Shown here: positions 49,881-63,200 of the stretch, one piece after another
Layout: each line of letters starts with the position of its first letter
How positions within the stretch are numbered: the first letter of the stretch is position 1
Assembly: GCA_013239625.1 (NCBI GenBank)
Contig: MU054323.1
Span: 2,778,161-2,842,160, forward strand
Source of the DNA: Lama guanicoe
Lineage: Eukaryota
Length of the DNA: 64,000 nt
Reading direction: 5' to 3'
Notes under the pieces: generated by a model
What the model was told of the DNA's origin: nothing
Databases searched by the model: none
What the model saw: the letters and a program-made list of their open reading frames with translations, nothing else
Program-made: the position numbers and the translations under genes

Positions 49881-50879
49881 GGTACCATAGTGATCGCAGT
49901 AGGTCATTTTAAGCTCTTCTCAAGATTAATTTGCATTTGGTTCTTTTTTCATTTTTTTGGTTAAGTTTAATGTGAATTTATTAAACCAATATTTTTGAGA
50001 CAGATAATTATTTTTCTTCCTCTGATGTTTTCATTTAAAAGGACACAGCATTTCCTTTCTCTTCTTTTTATTTAATGATGTCCCTTCATACAGAAGAGCT
50101 AGGAATACCTGTTTCTACCTGCTGTAAGGATTCACATGAAAGGCCAGTAATATGCCAAATATCTGAGCCTTTTCCCAAATAGGTGCATTGTGTTTAAAGG
50201 CAAGATGATTCCAGTGAGAAGGTTTCTTCTTGCCCCTCTAAAGGAACTACTGTGTGAGATCCGGCAGTCTGAATAATCAGAGCCTATTAAGTCTATGAGG
50301 ATAGGCTGGGGGCCAGGGGGCCAGGGGGCAGCGCACAGAAAGGATTAACAGAGAGGAAATGTATCAGAGAAACCTTCCCTGACTTTTCAAGAGAATCAAG
50401 GGATAGAATCAAAAGTTGCAGAAATTGGAATTGGAGCTCAAATCAATAATCAGAACATTTTACGTGATTACTAGATGCCCACTCTCGTGCAATGTGCTGG
50501 GCAGGTACAAAAATTCCACCATTCCTGCCAGAGAATCAGTTGTATCCAGAGCGGAGACATTCTCAAGCCTTCTGCAGTCCAGAGGACTCAATGGCCTGAA
50601 CATACTTTTTTCTTAAAATAATGGCAGCAAGTACCACCCCATACATTTAAACACAATGCATTTTATCCAAAAGGCAAGAACTTGGGTCAGGAGTGGTTAA
50701 GGGTTTACTGAGTGAGAGTGTCTTCAATGGGAGGCAAGATCAAAGCAAGAGACGTTACAAGAACTAAAGTAAGTGACAAGAGTGAGTGAGACTAGACGTC
50801 CACCCAGGCTTTCCTTGCCAGCCCTGCAGTTGCTATTCCTAACGTTTATGCTTTCATTACTCTGTTCTGAGAAATTACA

Positions 50880-51540
50880 GGTAGCACCTAATTATTTCTC
50901 TACCCCAGTCTCCTTTCCAATCCATCTTATACACACCCGCAGATCACTGTTCTTGAAGCACCACACTGATCTATTACTTCATTACTCAAGGGTCTCTCCT
51001 GGCATCCCACTAACTAATGAATAAAAGCCCATATGCGTTCTGGAAGGCAATGCCTCTTGGTATTTGGCGCCATCCAACCTTCCCAACTTCATCTCCAGCA
51101 TTCTCAATTATAAACCCTGCGTTTCAGCCCAGAGAGCCCTAAATCCAGCCATAACCAGAGGAGCCTGTTAAAAACATGACTGCCCAGGTCTGCTGCTATG
51201 GAGGCTGGGTCTTGGGGTCTGGTGAAGGGTCCGGGATCTCCCCTTTTAGAAGGTCCTCACTGATGTATGTCTAGTTTGGATGTTCCATCCAAACTGAACC
51301 TTTATTGTTCACTTGAACAACTCCTTTGTAGAGTCTGTAAGTCCATGCCTGCTATGAAATCACCTTTCCCTGACTCCTCTTCCCTTTATCCCACCATCCT
51401 GCTTTCTCCCCCTCTTCTGAATGCTCCCTCAGTATGTCTCTGCCTTTCATATAGTCCATCTCATGTTTTCATTATTTTTACAAACATCCTGCCTCCCTGT
51501 TAGACTGTAAGCTTTTTGAAGTCACATTCCTTGTCTGATT
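50880..51540 (+). mobile_element. L2 fragments, with a possible MER5-like remnant at ~51130-51270
   Basis: ccaatccatcttatacacacc; cttcccaacttcatctcc; ttagactgtaagctttttgaag. Confidence 0.55.
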
Positions 51541-52628
51541 AACTTGTCTTCATCTCTCTATAGTCATTCAAAAAGCCTAGGAAAAAGGGACATAGAGTAA
51601 GTATCTCTTGAATCAATTGGTTTTGCCAGAGTTTTAGAACCCTAAATCTCTTTGGGAGAAGAGAAGCTGATAAAGATTTTATTTCTATAAATATTTGGAA
51701 TCCTATTTTTATAACAAGCACAAGCTGGAAACACTTTTCTTTCAAATGAAAAACGTCACATCAGTTGAGTGATTCCCCGGACTTCAGAATCTCTTTCGCA
51801 CATTTCATAAGCAACGTGAGCACGTTTTTGTCTTTCTGTAGTTCATTTGGAGGAAAGATATCTATTTTCCTTACAGGGAAATTTTTGTTCTCATCTGATG
51901 AAAATAATCGATATGAAGGCTGCAGGAGAGGCTGCCATTCATTATAAAGACAGAAGGTAATAAATTAACAATCACATGGAATTAACATATTTAGAAAATC
52001 ACTTCATCTTTGGGGGTTAATCTTCCATTTCTGAATTTCTAAGATTAAGTACTCCGCAGAGCTTAAGATCTATTTTAAGACAAAAACAGCTGAATGAAGA
52101 GGGACCCCTCAGAGAAGGAATCCTCAGATTTCCCGCACCTGTGGTTTTTCATTGCTCCTATGGAGAGCTTAGGTTGGTGGACACTGGGAGCCTGAAGTAC
52201 TCCTCGGGGAGGTTTTGTTGGAACAGTAGAGTTATTAAATAGCTAAAATGTCATGGGCAATAGATCTAAGTTACAAAGACAATACAAAGAGAGGTTTCCA
52301 AAATAATGTCCCCACCTGTAAGTGAACGCAGCAGTGATGAATATAATCCTAAACGCAGACAATCTGAAAAAAGCTGCTGAACTCTGGAATGTAGTATAAG
52401 TAGTCTTTGAGTTCTTATTCAGCCTCTTCCAAACTTTCTCTTCATTTTACAAAGTCCTGAAACTTGTTATTCTTGTAATGAGTTCATGTCTTATCCTCTA
52501 TGTTTTTTTTAATCAAAGAAAAAAGGAAATAGTTTAAAATTCCAGAAAAATTTCTAAGAGAATTATGGATCATAGACAACACGGTACCCGTGTACCTTCC
52601 ATCACAGTCTGATCTCTCTGCTCCTCAT

Positions 52629-52646
52629 ACACACACACACACACAC
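52629..52646. repeat. (AC)9 microsatellite
   Basis: Read directly. Confidence 0.9.
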
Positions 52647-52751
52647 AAACACAATTCCTCCAAAGTCCAAGATGGCAAATTGCTTCTTTGAAGGATCTTG
52701 AAATGTTTAGGAACGACAACCTCCAAAGTAATAAAAGTTTAACTCTTTAAG

Positions 52752-53265
52752 TGTTTAAGTAATGTTTATTCCTGTTACTAATCACTTTAGAACAAATGAG
52801 TCCAATGCACAGTGGTCTAAAACAACCATTTGTGCTATTCAAGGATGCTGTGGCTCCAGAATTCAGACAAAGCAGAGTAAGGATGGCCTTTTTGCTTCAC
52901 ACTGTCAGAGGCCTCAGCGGAAAGGTTCCAAAGCTGGGGGCTGGGATCCATCACTCACGGGTCTTGTGGCTGATGTTAGCTTTTGGACAAGGGCCTCTCC
53001 CTCTTCAGTGGGTCTCTCCCTATAGGCCAGTTTACAGCAGGGTGGCAACCTTCTCAGGGCAAGAATCCAGAGAAAGGGCCAGGCATAAGTCATATCACCT
53101 TTTATGACCTAGCCTAAAAAATCATACAACACAGACCATTTATTGAGGCAGTCGCAAAATCCCACCCAGTCTCAAGAAGAAGAGAAACAGACACTGCCTG
53201 CTAGCAGGGCGTTGCAAGGTTCTGGAATTGCACATGGAACTGGGGCTCTTGTTGTAGCCATTGAT
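52752..53265 (-). mobile_element. MaLR LTR (MLT1G/H-like)
   Basis: agtggtctaaaacaaccatt, ccagaattcagacaaagc, accttttatgacctagcct. Confidence 0.75.
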
Positions 53266-53599
53266 GAAGAGTTTTTTTTTTCTGACTTTGAGCATCCCCA
53301 TAGGATGATTTGCTTGGCTGTTTTGTGAGGAAGCCTTGGTTTTGGTCTTTCCATTTGGGATAATCAGGTTTCTTAAAGCATACTTTTGAACTTCTTGCTT
53401 GGGGAATTTGTATTCTAGGAGGGAAAATGGACTGGCGAACTCAACATTCAACATTTAATACATAGAGCATTTGATTATCTCTTTGCTTTCAGTAGGATAC
53501 TGTCATCTTCAACTAAACCAACGTCCATGCCAGCCAACACCCAACCCACAGTTATATACTCTTCAGAGAATAAACTTCTAGTCTTATGTGGTGTTGGGA

Positions 53600-53992
53600 G
53601 GGTTCATTACCCAGTGGCATAGATTTCGGAAGATCCAGGCATCTGATTGCTTTGCCAACAGTTTTTACCCAATCCTATCTATTTTTGTTCTCACCACTGT
53701 GCCCCATTTCAAAAGAAACCGGAGCTGTCCATCCTGTGCCCTCTAAGGAATCTGCAACAGGTAGCATGGTGATGCCCAGTTTTCTTCCCTCTGGTTTTGG
53801 ATGCAGCTGTTTGGTTTGGCTACCTCATTTACCATTGGTCTATAGGCTTTCCAGCTTCCAAATACAACTGCTGTCTTCTCTCTTTATTTCCCAGTTCTTC
53901 GAATCTCTTTCCCATGGCTTTGGAGGCATTTTGCCAGGGAGTGAGTTGAGACGTGTGTATGTCTTGGTGCCGCCATCTTAGCCTGGAAGTCT
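53600..53992 (-). mobile_element. 5' end of an old L1/HAL1-type element
   Basis: Minus strand begins gacttccaggctaagatggcggc (YY1-like L1 start). Confidence 0.55.
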
Positions 53993-54399
53993 CTTCAGTG
54001 TCTTTCAACTATTGTTCATGCAAGACGATCACAAATCCTTAAAGATCCTTTATGCTCTTCTTTCAACATGCCCCAGGCTTTTCAGCAACTCAAAGTGTAA
54101 CAGCACTTCAAACTGAGGTGTGTTCTAACCAGCACAGGTTATGTTGCTTCTTCTTTTGTTGCAGACACTCAACTTAGCACTTTCCACACTGTGTTAGACA
54201 GTGAGTAGTGTCCCTCAGGTGATCAACAGATAGTCTGAAAAAACGTTTGGAAAAATACCACGTATCCTCCCCTCAAACATTTATAAGACTACAAATCAAA
54301 AAAAGAAATGTGCTTCATTTTTCAAATCCAGTTTTTCCAAAACATTTGACTATTTAATGCCTGTTTTGGGGAGAACATTAGGACTTTTTATGCAACGCT

Positions 54400-54570
54400 A
54401 TTACTCAGTGTGGGGTTCACAAACTGTCTACATCAGAATCATTTGGGGTTCTTTTATACATTTAGAAACCTTTGGCCCAATCCCAGATCTTGTATCAGAC
54501 TGAGCCTTGGGAATCTGCATTTTAAAACAAACAACTAGTTCTTATGCAACCTGCTATTTTGGAGAGCCTG
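54400..54570. mobile_element. Degraded MER5B-like MITE
   Basis: catcagaatcatttgggg; gggaatctgcattttaaaacaa. Confidence 0.6.
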
Positions 54571-55279
54571 TTCCCCACTATTTGATACAGAGGAGCGCTT
54601 CGCCTGCCATCCCCCTCATGCCTTACACATTTGCCCTTTAAGGAGGAATGACTTACCTGAGTGATGAAAAGTAAACAGGCATGCTTGCCTCAGACCCTGC
54701 ATCGTTCCCTTGTCTTTGGGAACTACCTGCCTGCCAGGGGAGTATATTTGACTCTGTGGGGTGGGCTCTATCCTGAGGTAGGAAGCTTGTGGTTATCCTG
54801 TTCCAGAGACTGGATGGAAAGAGTATTAAATTAAATTGAAACTGAACCAAAGAGAATCCCCTTACTCAAAGCTTAGAGGTGACGGATTAGTCTCCATGTA
54901 CCTATGCCCCTTTTCAACTGGTTCTAAACTGAGGCATGTTATGTATTGAGAGGAATGCTCCGTATTGAGCCGCCTCAAATCCCAAGTTTCTATTTGAGGA
55001 TAACTGACTTAGAGGCAAGCTTCAGAAAAACAGGATGTAATATACGTACATCATACAAAGCAGTAGAAAACACAAGGCTATTCATTTTACCTTTATTTTT
55101 TTTTTAATTTGCAATCATGGGAAGAGCAGATGAGGTAAAGAGGCAGCAACTGAAATTCATTTATTTGGAAGTCATTCCCAAGGATTTGAAAATAGCCAGA
55201 TCCATGCTTCATATTTCTTTCAAGATCCCTCTTTAGACAAGCAGGGAGATAGGAGATCAGCATGGGGAACATCTGGTTT

Positions 55280-55530
55280 GTTTAGGGATAGAAAGAGTGT
55301 ATAGCAGAGGAGTCCTTGGAAACATTCTTAAAAGATTTGGTAGGAGAACACCTGGGAAAGCCCACTTTATTGAAGGAAGGCTGCAAGGGCCCAGGCAGAG
55401 GAGGTCATGTTCAACAAATCGGATGGAGTTCTTGAAGATATCCCTGTCACGAAAGATGAAGGAGATTTAGTGGCTATATAAGGAGGACTTTGATTTTAAA
55501 TAAGATTTGACAAGATTCCACATCCGGGAT
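55280..55530 (+). mobile_element. CR1/L3 LINE reverse-transcriptase fossil
   Basis: Frameshifted RSCSTNRMEF...KDEGDLVAI...DF...DKIPH matches the CR1 RT motif GRSCLTNLIEF...DEG.AVD.VYLDF.KAFDKVPH. Confidence 0.7.
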
Positions 55531-57469
55531 TAATGGTCAAGGAGAAGAGCCATTGGATGTGGGTGATGTAGCATAGAAGATTAAAAAAAAAAGATAAAGA
55601 TTAAAAAAAAAAACCTAGATTTAAAAAAAAAAAAACTGGCTCAAGAAAGGGAGATGGATGAAAGGCAGGGAAGGGATTTGTTACTTGGAAAGCGATCACC
55701 TGAAGGGAGGAAGGTCAGGAGGAAGAGAAAATGGCCAGCCAGCTTTGCAATAGTTTTTATGTATAATATGCATTGAAGGGGAGCCAAATAATAGAACAAA
55801 TGCACCAAGTCTTGAGATGATTCAGAAACTTGGACTGAGTGGTCCTAGCCAAGTCATATTGCCCAAATCACTGGGGGTGGAGGTGCTTGGCTAGGATATG
55901 GTGGATTGGGCAGAGGGATGGAAACCAATAATACAAAACCAAAGAGACCAGGACTGAAAAACCAAAGAAGGGGTCAGTTGGCCCAGTGATACCTCCTGGG
56001 GCCAGAGCTATGGATGACTGTGAAGTCAGCCAAGCCTGTCTTTGGTGTAGCCAGCCCTTCTTTTTGAGTCTTCTCCCTCAAATCTTCCCTTCCCTTCCAC
56101 CAAAACTACCACCAACATCAACTGTGACTTCCTGAGCTTCAGGCATCCCCGTGTTTTCACACTCTCCTCTCTTCCTCCTATAAAAACTGCAGGTCAGTAA
56201 AGTGTCTAACTCCCCCTAGGGGGTAAATACTTAAGAGTTGAAGGCATTACACTTCCTCTGGGTATTTACATTTTCATGAGAGACAAAAATGTTAAATCCA
56301 GATATTATAGCTGTTATGATGGAATTTCAAGGAAGGGTTTGGGGAGGATGTAGCAAGGTTATATGTGTCCCAAAGGTCATTCATGTGGTAACTCTCTCCT
56401 GCACCTGATGGTAAAATCTGTGTTGGTCATGCCAAACAGTATTCTGGTTATTAGTGCTTCTGAAAAAGTAAAATCAGTGAAAACAGAGCTTTAAAAACTG
56501 GGTTTCACAGGAAAAAACAATATTGACAGACTCCGGTCAAAGGATCCCAGAGTATGACACTATAGCACAAGACTATGAGGGAGAAAAGGACGACAGAGAA
56601 GAAACCAAGTCCCTGAAACATTCAGGATCAGACTGAGGATTGTGTACCTTTAGCCCTTAACATCCTCCTCATCGTCCTGACTGAAATCCTGCTCTGTTCA
56701 AATGCTGTGTCTTCCACAAAGATAGGAGCAGAAGTGATTTTATTGTTCGTCTTCTTGTTACTAACCACAGTAGAAGGAGTAGGGAGAAAAGATGTTTTCT
56801 CTAACTAATTCTCCTAAGAATTTCTCCATGAAGAGAAAAAGAGAAGAGGAGAAGCCAGTCATAAAACGTGGACTGGCCAGGGCTGGGCTGCAGCACAGGA
56901 AGAGCTACACGGACATTAAATTCTATGTTCGGCCATCACTGTCTTTCCTGCTCATTTGGAATTCTGGGAAGGCATGATTATTAGAAAGTGGCCAGTATTT
57001 TTTTTCCTTTAGAAATCTACTAGATTTCTTTCTAAAGATACAGGACGTGGGAGATAAGATGATAAAGGAAGGAGACTGTGTTCCTTCCATGTCTCCACTC
57101 TCTTCCTAGAAGTCGGACATTCCGCAGCCTTAACTAGCAAGGACATGACTGAGAGTTCAGCATGGAAACGGCATGTGAGTTTCTAAAAGGCTGTCACACA
57201 CCCCAAGAACTGTATCACAGAAGAGGCTTTCATATCCTCATTTGGCGTTCAACTTGATCTTATATGTTACGTTTTAATAAGACGAATTATTTATTTAGTT
57301 TCTCATCCCAGTGACTAGAAGCAGAGCGTTAGAAGAGTGGGGCAGACGCTAAGAAAACCTGATAGAAAAGGAAAGGGTGAAAATGATGTTAAAAAGACAC
57401 AAGAACTTTAAAAAGTGCATCAGTCTGAGGCTATCTGGATCTAGGACAAGGAGTCTTATTCTACTCAGC

Positions 57470-57870
57470 ATGTCCCAGGTCCTCATTCCACTCCAACCAC
57501 CGTGGCCTTGCTGTTCTGTGACCGCACCAAGCCTGGTCTCACCTCAGAGCCTTTGCATGGCTCTTGCCTCTGCCTGTGATTCTCCAAGGCAGCACGTCAC
57601 ACCGCTAGCCCCTTCTCTGTTGAAATCCCTTCACCATTTCCTAAATAGCCATCCTCAATCTGCATCCCATTACCTTGTTTTAGTTTCTTTATAAATAATT
57701 GCTATTTAAAACTATATGATTTATATACCTTTCTACTTATTTATTTTCTGTCTTCTTCCCTTTAAATAAAAGCTCCATGAGAAAAGGAATCTTGCCTTGC
57801 CTGGCTACCATCCTGTCCCCAGTCCCTGGAAGGTGTGAAACAGCTACTCTATCAGTACTTATAAAGAACT
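57470..57870 (+). mobile_element. L2 3' region
   Basis: cctcagagcctttgcatggctcttgcctctgcctg; aagctccatgagaaaaggaatcttg. Confidence 0.75.
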
Positions 57871-58424
57871 AACAGGAGAGGGGTCCCCAGTGATACCACT
57901 GAGTCTGCACTAGTAAGTTGCATATTATTTATTGTCAGTTTCCCCCCCATGAAAGACAGGAGTGGTTACATACATTATCTCTCGCCCACCATGGATTGTT
58001 TGTATTTGCTGGAAATTCTCAGTCATCTGGAAAGATCTGCTATTATGAAAGAGCCCTTCCTGCAACAGGGATACCAAGAAGGTTGTGAAAAGAGAGGTGG
58101 CTGCTTGTTTTTCTTCGCTGGATGAAAGGAGGCCCCACGTCTTTTTGCAGTTCCACTAAAGAGCCAATAAAATCGAAACAAAACACACATGTGCCAAGAG
58201 TTAAACAACAAGGCGGAAGTGGCTTAGGTTTGTGGTCTGTTACCACATGACAACATTGAGTTGGAGCCAAGGTATTTTCTGTTCTCTCCAGTCTCTGGAT
58301 ATTGGAAGGCTCCACTTTGGAACAGAGGGGGTCCGCGTGTCAGAGAAGAGGAACTCTGAGCCTGGCTCATGGGTGTGAAAGTACCAGAGAAGACACGTTT
58401 TTGAGAATTTAAAGTTTCCCCTAC

Positions 58425-58872
58425 ATAAAGGAAAGCAAATTATGGCCCAGGGCTAAATCCAGCCTGTGGTCTTTTTTGGGGGGGGCGGGTAGGAGGTGTG
58501 GTGTAGTTTTAAAAGTTTTTATTTTCCCAAATGGACTTTTCTGAATTGAAAAAAAAAAAGCCTTCTCCTATGTACTTAGAAATGTGCCAGTGCCTAGGAA
58601 ATAAAATTAGCATGGCAAAGAGGAAAGGACATTTGTTTGAAAGTCAGAGGACCTGAATTATTGCCCTCCGTCCTCTACTAACTAGCTGTGTGTGCTGCCT
58701 GTTTTGGTAGATAAAGTTTTATTGGAACACAGCCATGCTCATTTACTTGCATACTGTCTGTGGATATTTCCCCACTGCAATAGCGGGGCTGAGTAGTTGT
58801 GAAGGAGGCCACGTAGCCCACAAAGCCTGAAACACTATCTGGCTCTTTACAGAAAAATCAGCCGAGCCTTTC
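58425..58872 (+). mobile_element. MER58-family hAT element
   Basis: gcaaattatggcccagggctaaatccagcc; ataaagttttattggaacacagccatgctcattt; ctatctggctctttacagaaaa. Confidence 0.8.
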
Positions 58873-59171
58873 CCTACAGCAGGAGTAGAAAAATAAATAG
58901 GTTGCCATACCTCATGAAACTGCTGGTGTTTGACTCTTCTGATTTAAAAACAGCAATTTTGTAACTCAGTTTAATAGTTCATTCTTTGAAGTCGTCAATA
59001 TCCATCTCAAAACCATTTCATCAGAATGAGCTCCCCAGTTCTTGCAAACAGATGGGAGTAGTCTCTTCTCTCAACCCCCACCGGTGGAACTTTGCGCCTG
59101 CATTTGGCTGATTCTATGTTTGCAATAATAGTCATTATGTGTATAGTGTCTCCTCTACTACTAGAAGTTAC

Positions 59172-59391
59172 TGTTAGTGGCTAAATTGTGTCCCCCCCAA
59201 AATCCATGTTGAAGCCTAACCCCCAGTACCTCAGGATGTGACTGCACAGGGTCTTTAAAGAGGTAACTGAGTTAAAGTGAAGCCCACCGGGTGGGCTCTA
59301 ATCCAGTATGACTGGTGTCTTTATAAGAAGAGGTGATTAGGACACACAGAGGGACATTAGAGGACACAGTGAGAAGGCGGCGATCTGCAAG
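59172..59391 (+). mobile_element. MaLR LTR 5' part (MLT1A/B-like), truncated
   Basis: aattgtgtcccccccaaaatccatgttgaag; ctaatccagtatgactggtgtctttataagaagagg. Confidence 0.85.
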
Positions 59392-59597
59392 AAACTACAC
59401 CATTACTTAAGACTATATGGTATTCCTTCTTTTTCTTTGTAGTCCCAGTAGCATCTTGGAGATATAGGTCCGGTATACACTGATTAAACTTTACAGAACT
59501 GAGTGAAACTAGATGCATAACATGATGTGTCTGTGGTTTAGAATGTTTGAGTCTCCAAAATTCCCAGAGAGCAAACAAGAATTTTCTACACAGAAAT

Positions 59598-59617
59598 GTT
59601 CTAGAAGCTTCTAGAAT
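59598..59617. promoter_or_regulatory. Perfect four-pentamer heat-shock element (HSF-type)
   Basis: gTTCt-aGAAg-cTTCt-aGAAt; a further aGAAt-tTTCt at 59578-59587. Confidence 0.55.
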
Positions 59618-59699
59618 GGCTCACTCAACAAACATTTATGAACTACTTAGCACAAATATCAACTTACACAGCTCTGATGATTTACTGTTTTCAACAAAA

Positions 59700-60200
59700 A
59701 TTGAAGAAGGGCGCCATTCCTTTCTCGATCTACTCAGGGAGAGGGAGGGACAACCATAATGCTGGATTAGAACTCCGTCAATTAGAATAGCAGGCCCTTG
59801 GCAGCCAATTCTGAATAATGATCTTCGGGGAAGACCGATAATGAACATTAAACAGAAATATTAAATGTGTAGTCCTAATTTACATTCCAGATGTCAGGAT
59901 CGGCAGAAGTGGGCAATGCAACAAAGATCAAACAGTCTGAGGAGCCAAGCTCTCCTGGTTTATTCAAAATCTTCTGAGTAAGAAGTGTGACTGCTTCACA
60001 TGGGACTGCAGCCAAACCCGACCTGAAAGAGCTCGTTTTGCAAATATCCCCCAAACGCAGAAGCTTTCCTGATTGTTCATTTCTCAATGAACAAATAGGT
60101 TTCAGGATGAACAATGTCCAGATGCCCCAGAAGCCTGCTCTGTTTGCCAATTCCATTGACCAAATACACATTCTATTCCTTTTAGATTTCAGTGACAGCC
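59700..60200. promoter_or_regulatory. Candidate conserved non-coding element
   Basis: Repeat-free and CpG-retaining; TAAT/ATTA clusters and ACAAAGATCAAA (SOX/TCF-like) at 59921-59932. Confidence 0.35.
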
Positions 60201-63200
60201 CAGAGTGAGAAGCATTGCTTTATCTACTAAGGACTTTACCGACTCCAAGCTTGACGAGGAGCTGGCCAAGGAGAAACCCCTGGGCATTCTGATGGGTTGG
60301 AAAATCAGAAGTCACTGAGCATTGTCAGTTCTGATCTTTTCCAGACCCATACATTTCACCCAGGGCATTTCTATACAATTACGGGAAAACCTGAACTGCA
60401 TTATCCCTAACCAACTCCTAGTCTCAGTGGCATAAGGCAATCTCCTCACTGAATAAAGTAAAGGCTTATAAAACACGCGGCTGCTGTGGTCTCTATTCTC
60501 AATAGAGAGCTGATTAGTTTTTCAATGAGTTTCTTACGCATCTCAGCAAAATAATGCCTGGTCACCAATTTTTCCTGGGCCACTGGATCGAGAAAAAACT
60601 AAACGTGTTCCTAAATTGATGCCACAAGACCTTTTTCTCTCTGTGCAGTATGACTATTCCTAAGAAGCTGAGATTCCTATTGTTAGCCCCTGGCATTTCG
60701 TAGAAACATGATTTGGTAATTCCAAGAAAACAAATCATAAATCATTTCATTAAATCCATATCAATTGCCCCATAAATAAAAGTCATGAAGGTGGATGCAC
60801 AAAGCTACATGTATCTGCGCACAATACACAGAGACTAACACAATATCATTTGTTTGTTTAATTAAATATTCTGGATTTTAGGGGATTTTTTTAATCCAGA
60901 CTTATCACCACTATACAAATAAATAATTGTCCTGGTAATTTCCAATCTTTATGGTATGTGGATCTTCGGGAATGAAAATTCATGTGCCATCCTTCCTGTG
61001 GCCTGAATCTTGAGTGTACCAAACCCGTATTCTTTAAAGCCAACGTTCATCACATCAGACACGATTGTAACCCCAACACCTTCCTCTCCTACCCCACTCC
61101 CAAATTCCCATGCCCTTCACTCCCAATCCAACTAAAACTAAACTTCTTTATCTAGTTGTTATGGTCTGCCACATTTCTCCCCTAGTCAAATCCACCAATC
61201 CTCTTACCACTTTAGGGAAAGGAGAGAATGCAGAAAACAGAAGAATCAAATCTTGACTTTTTATTTCTAAAATATACTCAAAAAATGCAGAGCATACCCT
61301 CAAGAGCCAAAGCTTTCATCGTGAGAGCCAGGCTTTTATTATAGAGAAAAGGATTTTTGAGTCTTCAACAACTTGGATGGAATCAGAACACAAATCTTAT
61401 ACTATAAATAGTAGTGTTAGCAGAAGGCAGATTTTCCTCCAAAAATTACATGAATTCAATCTGCTGGAGAAAGAAGAGAGCTGAGATGGAAAAGGGGGCA
61501 AGATTTAGCAGTCACTGCGTAGGTCTCAGGGAAGGGACCTCATGTCCCCATCTCCCCTCACATACATTAGGCCCTGACCTAGAGGAAGGTGACATAACCT
61601 GTAGTGGAGGGAACCAGTTCTTGGAAGAGAGAGGACTGGCATCTCACCTGTCTTCCAGTAGGCTGAGTCAAGAGCCTCTCAGATGTCCTCTGCACCCCCA
61701 GGCAGTGAACTGGGAGAAAAAGCTGGGACTAATTAGGAAGAAAGACTGAGATAGTCTTTTGAATGTCCTACAGCCCTAGGGATACGGGAGAGCATCCAAA
61801 CACCCTACATCCTTAAGGGAGGTTTTGGATCAGAAGAGGCCTGATGACAGGCTGCCATCTGCAGCGATGGCACAGGTGGGACTAGCCTGAGGCCATGGAT
61901 GGATCCTGAACACCAGCAAGAGAGATACAGTGTGACTGCGACCACAGAGGGCAAGAACAACCACAGCAGCTGTAAAACCATTACGTGCATACCACCCACC
62001 TCCCGAAAACATTTAGATGCCACTCTGGGCTGATGAAGGGTGAAAGGAAGAACACTGATTTTACTTTAAGTCTGCCTAGAGCAACTAAAGTTCCTGCTAT
62101 CAGGCAGAAAGGGGCTCAAGAGAGGAAGTGTTTCGTTCCATAAAACTGAAGAACATCACAGTTTTGCATACCTGCGTTTCCACCAGTGAAAGTTGTAGAT
62201 GACACACACGCACCAGGTGATGGGCTGAGAAGCATGCAGACTACTGTAGGACCCCGGGCCAGCAAGGGGATGCCAGAGCCATTTCAGAAGCTGGGTCTGT
62301 CTTCAAAGGGTTTTGACTCGCCGACCTCTGGCTGGCCTGCGCCCTCTTCTCAGACACACCAGACAGACGAGTAAACACAGATCACAAGTGGACCACATGT
62401 TCCTATTCCTCTTCCAAGTGCTCTGTGGCTGCGGGCCTCCCCCACTCCAGACTTCTCATTTAGGTCCTCCTGACTGATGCTTAGGCCCCACAGAGGCTTC
62501 CTCCCTCCTCTCTCAGCCAAGCGCGGCTGGCAAGACAAGGATCAAACTTATGCGAGAGTCCCAGCGTTGGTGAAGATCTTCACCTGCAGCTTTTCTCAGG
62601 ATCCTGGGCTACGGCATCTAAAACCCTGACTTTATTTACTCCTTTGAAAAAAACCTTTCCCTCGCTGGTTTATCCTTAACAATGCCGACGTACCTGGGTA
62701 AGGACCCTGGTGAGCTGCTAACACTTCACCGTGAAGACATTACTGTATTCTTTTTCCTCTATGACATGGGCAACCTTGAGAAGCAGTAAAGCAGTGAGGT
62801 CAGAAAGGAGGTGGGGACCCTCAAAGGAGGAAAGAGGGTTCAGAGGGGGAGTTTGGAGGAGCGGGAGAGAATTTTGCCCATCCTGTTTCCTGAGGGAGGC
62901 CCAGGTGTGCAGTGAACTATCTTTGGATGCTTCTAAAAGAAATGGAGGTCCACATGTCAAAGACAGGATGCCTAACTGAGGACAGAAGGAAGGGAATGTT
63001 GACATAAATGCTTCCTGATATATTCGCCTCCCATGGTTCCAAGTCAGCCAGCTACTTATCCACTGTTTAGAGATGACAGTCCAGAAATCTTCATCTTAGC
63101 ATTGAGTTTCTTAGCATTCAATTCATTAGCTGAAGCTGAAACTCTTCTGTAAATAAGGGAATGACTCCCTTACGCTAGTGTAGTGCAGAAGTTAATATAG

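Noticed and set aside
54973..54999. 8-bp stem hairpin cctcaaat / atttgagg
   Set aside because: Too short to exceed chance; no extended pre-miRNA-like pairing
55577..55635. Three short agat(t)-poly(A) units
   Set aside because: Low-complexity slippage; not a CRISPR-like or otherwise structured array
56512..56637. Protein-looking peptide EKTILTDSGQRIPEYDTIAQDYEGEKDDREETKSLKHSGSD*
   Set aside because: Weak splice acceptor, no recognisable homologue and no supporting upstream exons
61035..61150. C-rich stretch containing cacatcagacac, reminiscent of mitochondrial cytb
   Set aside because: Only a ~12-nt match; the flanks do not continue a mitochondrial reading frame
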